From positions 124,001-188,000 of the forward strand of contig JAPEUD010000029.1 in NCBI GenBank assembly GCA_026026165.1: 64,000 nt of DNA, written 5' to 3'. Below, piece after piece: positions 53,394 through 64,000 of the stretch (positions are counted from its first letter, which is position 1; the number at the start of each line of letters is the position of its first letter). The notes under the pieces are model-generated. The model ran no database searches, had not been told where the DNA came from, and was given only the letters and a program-made list of their open reading frames with translations. Position numbers and translations under genes: made by a program. The stretch comes from Sarea resinae (taxonomy: Eukaryota).

Positions 53394-53885
53394 TGGAATG
53401 CAAGTCGAGTTCGGAGATAATTGACAAAAGATATTGGAAGCCGAGATATCTTCTAGGTCCGAGACTGATGGAGTCTTGTCAGTCATTTTCAAGGAGACAG
53501 CGCACTGTGATCCATGGGGGAGAGGTTGTCCATATCTTGGGGAAGCTACATACCTCACGCAGCGCAAGCCGTTCGGCCGGGCAGGAGTGGTAAAGTTTAC
53601 GCTCCTCCCGGGTGCGGTAATGGAAAACTGGGGCTTAGAAGTGGTTGAAAGGTCCTAGGGACCTAAGCTGGAAGAGAGATCTACTCTCCTTCAGGAGCTC
53701 TCCAATGGAAAGAAGCTCCTTGAGGTATTGTCTGGTAGTTGAGGTGGCTGGGTGCTTAGAAAATGGAGTGAATGGGAGGATGTCTTGTTATGAATCCGCT
53801 CCTGATGTATGGTTATACGAGATTGGAGATATGTAAGATTGATAGAGGATAGATGGGAGACTTGGAGGATTGAGAATGAAGATGA

Positions 53886-54892
<1,007 letters not shown>

Positions 54893-55162
54893 GGGTCTTC
54901 TCAGCATGTATCTCGGATAGTCGCCCGGTAGGGAAGGTATCTGGGAGAGTTGTGGATGGTCAAGTTTGGCGACATATATCTTAGCTACTTCAAGAATGTG
55001 CTGTCACCTGGTCAATATATTTCCGCACTCTGAATTGAACAAGTGATTCTTGGCATGTCCGAAAAGAGTTGAATGCACGCATGAATGTTTCCATTACTAT
55101 AATCGCGCAAATCCCTGCCCCGGGGGGCAAATCATCCCGCAACTACAACAACAGAATCCCAT

Positions 55163-56938
55163 CTACTCGCCAGGGAAACCGTTCCTCAAGTTATCATACT
55201 TGGTCTGTGGATATACAAGCGTGTTCAGGCTTCGATCCATTCTCCCACCATCATGGCCCCCAAGCTCCTTGAAAACCTAATCATGCTAGTTAGCATCACC
55301 GACTCGAGCCAGCTGAACAAGACGAAAAACGTCTGAACTCACAGTACTGATCAGACTCGCGTCCCCCTCCTTGTCGGCACTACTTTCCCACCACATGGCT
55401 CCACCTAACGCATTCTCCTCGACGAACCTCGCCTTCCGCCTCGCCATCTCCACAGTATCATAGCTGACCATGATCCTCTGCTGCGGGTCAAAACTATAGG
55501 TCGCGCCGGCCTCTTGGTCGGTTCTTTCCTCGGCGCCAGGCTTCGGGAGCGCTTTGTAATCCCACACGCCGTTTTCCCAGCTGCCCTCGCCGACGCCGCT
55601 GAAGGGCTGGCCCGGGCCTTCTGTGCTAGAGAAGGCGCGCCCGTACAGGGGCATGCCGACGACGATCTTGCACGCGGGAACCCCGTGCGACGTGTAGTAT
55701 GCTATGGCGCTTGAGGTCGCGAAGGGGGTGGATGCTGGGTTGGAGGCGCTGGGGTAGAGGTTGGATTGGTGGCCTGCTGTTGGATCCCAAGAGCCGGCGT
55801 AGTCGTAGCTTCATCACAAAGTCAAATCAGGATGACTGGAATAAAAGGGGAGGGATTTCTCGCAGGAGGGGTAGATCAGAGGGGAAAGGGGTTACAATGG
55901 GCTGAGCTTACGCCATAAGATTCCAGAAGTCTAGATACCGGTCCATTTCTTTGAGGTGCAGCTTTTCATAGTTGCTTGGACCTAGTTCACAGATTAAGCA
56001 CACACAGCTAGGAAAGGGGCATATAAGAGAGAGGCTAACCAGCCGGGCTAGCGATAGTAAGCTGGAACCTGCTGTCACCGCCCTGTCGAGATGCGCACTG
56101 GTCGAGGGCCTGGAATGAAGCCAGTTAGACGAAGCTCCATAAACAAAAGATATCTGCACAAGAGGTTCTAGAGCCTGCTCAGAAGGGGACAAACTCACAG
56201 ATCTCGTCTCCTGAAGTAGCGAAACAAAGTCCATCGCCTGGCTATCATCTTTACGGCTGTCAGCAGATAGAACAATATATCAGAGTCATGGCCTACTTTG
56301 AGGGTATTCCCAATCAATATCCAGGCCTGTGACTATCAGCACTGTTCATCTCAGTTCTGAAATGAATGACGAAGTTTCTCACCATCAAGACCCAAGTCCT
56401 GGACGAGCTGAGTAGCAGACTCGGCAAACTTTCTTCTCCCCTCTGGAGTTGATGCCGGCTGCGCAAAATTCGCGGAATACGTCCATCCTCCGATAGATAG
56501 TAAGATTTTCAGGTGTCGGTGTTTTTTCTTGAGCAAGAAGAGCTGCTTGATACAGCCGTAAACGTTGGTGCCGCTGTCATTCCACGAGTCACTCGGGTAG
56601 TGTTTGTCTGTGTCCGACCAAGTATCTGTGAGATAGCTATAAAGAGAAAGAAGATTAGAAATGAGATAGACGGAGCTGGCAATGTCCAGGTAAGAGAAGA
56701 ATGCAATTACACTTCTCCGCTATCCGGTCGTACGTTGGCAAATGCGTAGAGCACATGAGTGAGTTTGTCTGCAGGCAGATCTTGAGGATTGTGGGACCGC
56801 CCGTAGATGGCCTTGAAAAGGTTCAGCGTCCATTGTCAAAGATGTTGCAGATTGTCTATGCACGAAAATACTGAGGGGAGTGTTGCATACCCAGTTGACA
56901 AAATAGGCCACTGATTTGTATCCGGCGCCGCCCCCCAT
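55163..56938 (-). CDS. GH18 subgroup A (bacterial-type, ChiB-like) chitinase; about 9 exons; no ATG-initiated signal peptide
   Basis: [35 protein letters not shown]; intact catalytic [50 protein letters not shown]. Confidence 0.95.
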
Positions 56939-57652
56939 GCTTGCGGTTCTATATTTATTATCTACGGGTTTGACTGAGGAACACAATTCAGATCTTGGAC
57001 GACGAAGAAGCAAAGCACCGAGCAGTGAAGCAATGACGAGGGGGACAAGGAAAATCAAATATATTCGGCGAGCCAGCTTGAAGACGAATTCAATGAAAAC
57101 TTGCGGTCACGTCGGTAGCCGAGGTGCCGTGGCCGCGTAATGAGGCCACTCATGCAGGGCACAGATTCAGGCGCAGTTCGTATTTCTCGGTGGCTATCCA
57201 TCGTAAATATAGTAGGAGTCCGATGTTTGCGTGTCATCTTATGCATCTGAGAATGTCGATAGATGCTTCACGATTCAGGTTGTGTACGATTGGCAAGAGG
57301 CGGGAGCCATGGGCAGTGGCTGGCGTCGTCATTGATCACCGTGACACAGCCCTGCCATGTCGTTTACATTACCTTGCCTCACCCTACGCGGCCCGCTTCG
57401 TCATGGGCCTGGCACCCTCATGAGAAACAAAGATCAAGATGTTGAAGTATTCGTTACTCGTCTCATATGTACATGAATTTGCCCTTTGTCTGATTGATTT
57501 TGTAACGAATGTCCAATGGTATTCGCTGATAAATTCAAGTGCGCTTACAACACCGTGCCCTGTGAAACTGCCCAAGTCCTTAACTCCGGGTTTCATATGC
57601 CAAAGTGCCGTACTCTGACTCCTCAAACGATTGTCCACATCTCACCGTCACC

Positions 57653-58663
57653 TCAGCGCTGACCGTCGCCCCCATCCCTCGGCATGCCTCCGCTCGCACA
57701 TACGTCCGGCGGGGGAGGCGGCAGCAGCCTCCTAGGATCGGTCTGGACTTGTGGTTGAGACAGATCGTAGTCCACAGGTTCCCGCATTCTTAGAAAGCTC
57801 TGTATCCTCTCATCTCGGGTCGTGCCTGGGTTGATGACGCCTTCTCTTGCGCGTCGTAAATCTTCGCTAGAACTTTTATGGATCTCTTCATGATGGTCCA
57901 GGAGCGTGTTCGAGAAGTTGTTGGCCCGTGTACCTTGCACAATACCACCCAGAGCTGCGAGCAGGCCAATCAAGGACACAAACACGCCGTTCGAGAAATA
58001 GACCGGCTCTTGTGGGGACTTTGCATCTCGCTGATACCACTTCTCCCAATCTTCCCAAGTGGCATTTCCAGCCGGCGAATGGCCACCCCAAGCGTGTGCG
58101 TCCGCCCATCCCCGGCCGTTGGTACGACTGCCGATATGAGGATGACCATTCCAACCCGCACCATAACGGTCATAGGCGCTTCGTTTTGACGGATCTGATA
58201 GAATATCGTTTGCGGCAACCACCAGTCTGTACCGTTCCAGTCGAACAGCATGTGAGATGGAGTCGGGGCCGGTGTCGTCACTCAGGTGATAACGATCGGG
58301 ATGATAAAGCTTGACTAGTTCGTAGTATCTCCGCTTCGAATACGGTGCTCCTTTCTTCTGATTGAAGATCTGATAAGGCGTGGGTGTAGCATGGGCGCTC
58401 GGAGTGTGCGGCCAGTGCAGGTGTTCATGACGATGACCGTGCCGACGATCGTGACGATGGTGGTGATCGTGTTCGTTTACGGTCGCATATGTCCTCGTCC
58501 CTGTCCCTGGCCAGTTCCTCGACTGCGTTGGCGTCGATGGCGATTGGGATTGCAGATTGAGGGTGAAGGGAGGCGGTGACGTAGTAAGCTGATGATTTGG
58601 CTGGCAGAAGGAGTGGAAGCCGGTACAGGACGAGGGCACGATGATGGCCTTTTTGATGATCAT
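57653..58663 (-). CDS. J-domain (DnaJ/Hsp40) co-chaperone, Jid1-like, probably mitochondrial; single exon
   Basis: PTPYQIF; YYELVKLYHPD; ANDILSDPSKRSAYD; NATWEDWE; one TM segment; basic N-terminus with RTYA. Confidence 0.88.
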   Translation of the reverse strand: MIIKKAIIVPSSCTGFHSFCQPNHQLTTSPPPFTLNLQSQSPSTPTQSRNWPGTGTRTYATVNEHDHHHRHDRRHGHRHEHLHWPHTPSAHATPTPYQIFNQKKGAPYSKRRYYELVKLYHPDRYHLSDDTGPDSISHAVRLERYRLVVAANDILSDPSKRSAYDRYGAGWNGHPHIGSRTNGRGWADAHAWGGHSPAGNATWEDWEKWYQRDAKSPQEPVYFSNGVFVSLIGLLAALGGIVQGTRANNFSNTLLDHHEEIHKSSSEDLRRAREGVINPGTTRDERIQSFLRMREPVDYDLSQPQVQTDPRRLLPPPPPDVCASGGMPRDGGDGQR

Positions 58664-59103
58664 CTTGAGGCTTGGGCTCCACAAGACAGAGGGTGACTGT
58701 CACTTTCTTTCACGTTCATCGAAATGCGAATGGCGAAGACGGCAGATGAGAAGTAGAGCAGGCGGGGTGCATTGGATATCTCGGCGTCTACTTCGCACAT
58801 CCACTGATGGGATACTACTGAGTGAGGTACCTACCTATGTAGTGCACCTGGAGGGCACTTCGACTCCGAGTGAGGTAATCTTGGTCATCGTCGATAGGAT
58901 GTAAGAGGGGTGTCAACCCGCTACCCGTACCTGCCTTAGTAGTACGCGACCGATACCCGTCGCGACCATGGAGGTTAGCCGTCGTGTTCGACCCTGGGAC
59001 ATTTGTGTTGACAACTGGCGGGCATCTATGTTGCGAGCAGTGGCTGCTTTCTCAGTCATGCACAATTCGATCTGATGACGGTTCGGAGGTCACTGCAGTC
59101 GTC

Positions 59104-60272
59104 ATGTACATCTCCAATTGGGATGCACGACCACAGCGCGCCGTGCAAAGATATGACGAGCATTCCGGTCAGGTCTTTAGTGAGGTGACGAGCTCTGTTC
59201 CAAGAGCAAGAGACAGGAATTGGGAATTTCAGACTCGGGGGGCAGCACCACGTCTGGGCGTACCGCGTGGACGCAAGGACTCAGGAGCAGACAAGCTGGA
59301 GAGTATGGCAATGCGATGCCTGCTACGAAACTTGGCGAACCTGACTCCAGAGGTGCTGAAGTTCGTGCCTTGGAGTATGGGCGAACGCATATTAGCCGCC
59401 ATACGTCGAGCGTGAGCAGCCTCTTAGTGACATCCTTGGTTTTGATCTGATGGCCTTTCAGCGAGTTGATCAGTTTGCATACATGGAAGTTGTTCACGCT
59501 TGCGTATCCAGTGCAGGAGGCCATATCATTCTACGACAGGACTCAGTCCGTTCCCATCCCTTTACTGGCTCTCGACAATTATGTGACAGCCGCCACTTCT
59601 AAAAGTTTCGGATGGATCACGTTTCTCGCCATATCCGACGTCAGCTTCCCTCGGCCAGAGCTAGTCAACCTATCGAAGCTAACCAATCTCGGCGTGGTAG
59701 AGATATGCTCTTCTCCTCCTCCGCCCAGGAGCCCAGAGAGCGCCGGCTGCAACGTAGATGACGCTGTAATAAGAGCGTGGGGCCGCTCTGCGTCGGAATC
59801 CGGAGCCTTGCCAAAGCTTCAGACTGTCATTTTGCGGAATCAACGAGGCATGACATTCAAGTCTCTCAGATATCTTCGACAAATCCCATCTCTCAAGTAT
59901 CTTGTGGTGACTGGTCCCAAGGATACTGCGGATGATCATTGGACACTGTCGAAAATTGGCTGGCAACTCGTCCCAGCAAAAGCCGCCGTCCTCGAGGAGT
60001 GGGGACGCAGGTATATATCTAGCAACAGTCGGAACGTCCCTATACTTCACTTGAAGCTCGGCAACCGCATCATTCCCCCCAGTGGCGAGGAGCTATATTT
60101 ACGAGTTTCAAAGAATGCAGCACAATCGACGAAAAGAGCGTTTGACGGAGATACTCAACTTGAGACCACTGAGCGGCACGTTTCGCGCCGACCACCTCAG
60201 AAGCAGCGCAAACCAACGGGACAATCGATGGAGTCCATTTTGATGGACTTTGGGATTGGTCCTAAGGCATGA
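59104..60272 (+). CDS. Conserved-looking fungal hypothetical protein with an LRR-like C-terminal region; intron 59412-59461
   Basis: Two long ORFs joined by a GTGAGC...TTCAG intron; SLHTWKLF; ELVNLSKLTNLGVVEI; DDAVIRAW; LPKLQTVILRNQ. Confidence 0.7.
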
Positions 60273-60439
60273 AGCATTCCTCTGTTATGCTCAAGACTAA
60301 ACATAGCGTGATCTCATACGAGATAGATTCGTATACAGGAATTCGATATTCCGTCGTACCGAAAGAAGCGGTAGAACTGCCCTTATGAAAATCGCAAGGT
60401 GTTCGTAGGGCTTCTTCAATGGACCTGAGCTCTCTGGCC

Positions 60440-61360
60440 TGTTCTACTGGGTGCGAAGAAACATTTTGATTCCCGTTCCAGTGGTAACAGCCTTTAACGC
60501 CACGACATCGAACCTTCTAAATGGCCGAGTTCATCAACTTTAACCGGTCCTCAGGGGGCACACTACCAGACTGCTACGACACGCTTCCACTAGAGCAATC
60601 CGACGGCATCCTGTATCAGCTCATCGAGTTCCTGTCCGAGCTCTCTTGGAACCCCTTTGACTCTGGTGGCGGCCTTGCTTGGTCGTCAAAAGTCCACAGA
60701 GATGTTATCTCTAGCCCTGTCCTCGATAAAGGATTCCCGGTTTCTTCCCGGATATAGAAATCTATTTCCCCTCTTCCGACCCAAGTACCTCCGGCAGCAA
60801 CGAGACCTTTAGCACGCTCAACACAAGCGGCCCCTATATTTCATACACGGCCCTCACAACCACCTCTCTGCAGACAGACATTCACGTCTCGACGATTAAC
60901 CCCCCCCCCCCCCCCCCCCCTCTCTCTCTTCTCAAATCTACATGCCGCCCCTTAACGCGTTCCTAGCTATCACCCCCTTGCAAGCTAGCACCCTAAACGC
61001 CAAATCAATCCGCCCTTGCCACAAAGACCTTCACTCCGCCACAGTCCTCTACTGCTCTGTTGCAGGGCTGATCTCGGGCGTACTCGACAGAGAATTCGCT
61101 GGCACGGTCCTGTATCCGCGCTGGAACCATCGAAAGCCTGAAAAACCGCGGAAGGCGGCCTTGAAGGCGAAATAGAGGCTATATGAGTGGTGGCGGAGCG
61201 GTATCGGGAAAGAGAGACGGTATTCCTGGTGACGGACGCGGATGCTAAGAGCGAGTTGCAGAAGAGTATGCATATCGGGTGTAATATAATGCAGTGTCTT
61301 CTTACGAAGGTGCCGAGAGGCGCGAGTGCCTTGACCGCGTTTTCGGATGGAAAAAAGGTT
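60440..61360 (+). pseudogene. Decayed APH/choline-kinase-like phosphotransferase
   Basis: Fragments in different frames: WVRRNILIPVPVVTAFN (60448), ETFSTLNTSGPY, degenerate Brenner motif CHKDLHSAT (61020) and ISGVLDREFAG (61086; DWEFAG expected). Multiple stops and frameshifts. Confidence 0.65.
60900..60920 (+). repeat. Poly-C tract (21 nt) followed by (CT)n
   Basis: Read directly. Confidence 0.9.
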
Positions 61361-64000
61361 TAGTCAAAGTCCCTGTGGCTTTTGGTCGAGTGGAACGAAA
61401 CAGCTAACGACATCTGAATGGAAAAGTGATCAGAAAGGTCGGACACATGTATGTTCTTTCATCACAGTGCTCCCAACCTTCGGAGTGTAGGTAGTGACTG
61501 CTTTCTCCTCTCATCAACCAACACTCTCGAATCAGTTCAGACTGTGATCACTTCTCCCTCTCTCTCTAAAGCAAGAGCCCCTTTCGCCGACGTTCCGGTA
61601 AGACACGTTCTGAGCCGAATTTAGCTTGTCTGTACTAGCCCCTTTGTTTTTGCACCGGCCTGCTTGAGCGTACGGGGGGACTCATAAGTAACCAGGCTGA
61701 GACCGGACGCGGACTCAGCAAGCTCATCTCCCTGTCCTCACATAATCGTACGGCTCTATGATTAACGATGACACAAAAACGGTAGAGGTGCGGGCCGCAT
61801 GCAATAAAGTAATTCACCTACCTTGGTCTATGCAAGAAAACCCCTTTGCACCCAAAAGGCTTTACAGATACGAGCTTGGAAACCTACAGAAACGATGGAA
61901 GTTCGGTGCAGCCGACAGTACCTTTTTCTGCTTTGCTCCCCCTTTTCATATGTTTACGGGCGTCGAGTGGTTTCCCCTGAGAGGGGGCGTCGACGCTTTT
62001 GTGTAGGAGAGCAGCGGGTGTGATCGGTATTTTCTGCTAGAGCGAGTTTGTGTGCTGTGCATACTCGATTTTGGAATTGGCTCTTCTGTTTATTGGTTTG
62101 GAAAGGGGGGTTCTTGCTTCTGTCCTCGGTCGACTGGGCACTAGAATGATATTTTTTTCTTTGGAAATACTGACAGAATCGGGCGAGGGTTGTAAGTAGA
62201 TGTTTGATTTTCGGTCTTGACATGGCTTCTTGGATCAGACTCTGTGCTCGGACAGACTACATCTACTGTAGTAGTGAGAGGGGGCTATAGCATATTTCCA
62301 ATGAGGGGTTCAAAGGTCAAATGCGAGATCTTCGAGGATCTTCTGGATTTCTCACTCGGATTGATTCATTTGGTTTTTTGTTTTTTTATTTCAGTATATA
62401 TTGGCCAATCAAGTAAGTAGAAGAATCAAAGAAGAGGCAGGATATATCAGAATTGCCAATAGTTCGAGACCAATAGATATCAACCTTTCTTGACACTACT
62501 GGCCACCGACATAAGCACTCCTCTACGTTCTCCCTCTCCTGTCGTCGCTTCTATTTCTCTCTGATCACGGCATCAGATTAGCATCAAATGAGAGCACAAG
62601 AGACCGCGGGGATTTTCTCCCTCGCATCATAGCGCAGAGCAGGGCAGTGCAGCCACGTCAGTCGGTGTAGTGAGGCAATGCGAGGCAATGCGAAGTAATG
62701 CAGACAACGCCTCTCGATCGATCGTCTCGATCGATCAATCAATCGTGTGTGCCTATTGATCCCAATGTGGATTGATCTGATTGGTTGGAGCCATGTCCGT
62801 CATCTGGCAGGGGGATCGCATAAGTCATAGAGTATATACCACATACGCAATCGATAGATTGGCCCTTTACGAGTAGATAGGACACCCCAGGGTGCCTACC
62901 TATGATGGCGATGGGATGGAAGAGTGCGGTGCAAGGAAGACACCGACCATGACTGTGATAGCCGGGGCATGAGCCGAGGCAACTGAGCGGCCTGCCTGTG
63001 ATGCATAACGTCTGGCAAAGAAAGTCGGGCCCAGATGTTCTTTGAGAGCCAAAAGTCGAAACATGAAAGGTGGAAGAAGAAGATGGGATCGTGGATCCTA
63101 TCAGGCGGCGTTTGTTTTGACTCGGATCGCCTTTGCATGACATGGCATCCTGTCCTGCATCTCATCTCATCTTTCTAGAGTCACGTACGGAGTTACGTCC
63201 AACACAGCCACCGGGGAACATCGTCTGTACGAGGACGTCCCGCGGCCAGCTGCCTGGCTGCCTCGCTGCCTGGCTTGCCTGCATGCCCCGCATCTCCTCG
63301 TATCGACGGCGCAGCGCATTGCATCATCGATCATCTATGGGGATGGAGGTAGGATCCTCCATGCATGCCATGGCGTCCGTCCGACTTCATGGATATCTCT
63401 CTCCATGGAAAGTACATGCAATTTGATGTGGATGGCCGATCGGTTGCATGATCGGCGTGATTGATGTGTGCAGGTGGTCGGATGACCATGACCATGGCCG
63501 TGCAGCAGACGAGACGGGACCGAGTCGAGATGGGATGAGGAGTCATGGGGAAAGGGCGATGGTGGGGTCCAAGGGCAGTCGTCGAGATGGTTCAATGGAT
63601 GCTGTGGATTACCGACTAACTACGTAGTGGTATGTACCTAGGCATGCACAGCCACAGCCACAGCTCCCCATCTCCTCCCTTCCTTCCCCTTCGTCCACGT
63701 TGCGTTGCGATGGTCCAGGATCGTCTGGCTGATTGGCCCGGTGATTTGCCTCGATCATCGAGGACCGGATGGGGTGCCCGGTCCGATGCCCATGTGTTGG
63801 GTGAGGTGCAGAATGGAGTGGGGGGGAGAAGAGATGGCCCCCTGCCTGATTGCCTGCGAGATCCTCCATTACTACGTAGTCTGGACGGCCGTAGTCAGAG
63901 GCAGAGTCAGAGTCAGAGGTCTCCTTCCTCTCACAGTCGACTCGGAGGATTCTGGAGGCGACGCTTGTCAAGGTCCCTGGATCCATCCGTCCTCGTTCGC

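Noticed and set aside
63609..63986. 125-aa minus-strand ORF at the window end
   Set aside because: Repeat-rich with no recognisable family, and the context is truncated.

Overview
Eukaryotic, intron-rich DNA from a filamentous ascomycete (Pezizomycotina-type GT-AG introns of about 45-100 nt with CTRAC/CTAAT branch sites). The species cannot be determined from the sequence alone. I read 20 intact genes: 2OG-Fe(II) dioxygenase, NCS1 permease, CTP1, protein-L-isoaspartate methyltransferase, SMC6, aldose 1-epimerase, a Zn2Cys6 TF, SDS23, BNA6, STR2, UTP22, POM152, POP4, AUR1, an ACE2/SWI5-like TF, ubiquitin-S27a, GH18 chitinase, a J-domain protein and a hypothetical protein. There are also two decayed pseudogenes (HNH-like and APH-like kinase) and many microsatellites. 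No rRNA, tRNA or CRISPR array was recognised. The best structure not explained by ordinary gene models is: (1) a 116-bp TG...CA solo-LTR-like insertion with a perfect 5-bp target duplication inside the HNH pseudogene; (2) a CUG-initiated signal-peptide/anchor extension upstream of an apparently leaderless chitinase, with a weaker parallel at PIMT; (3) a 19-nt donor+branchpoint+acceptor cassette inside the ACE2 coding exon; (4) a long, nested-hairpin intron with tandem donors in the NAD biosynthesis gene BNA6. Gene identities come from recognising motifs, not from database searches. Exon boundaries were read by eye.
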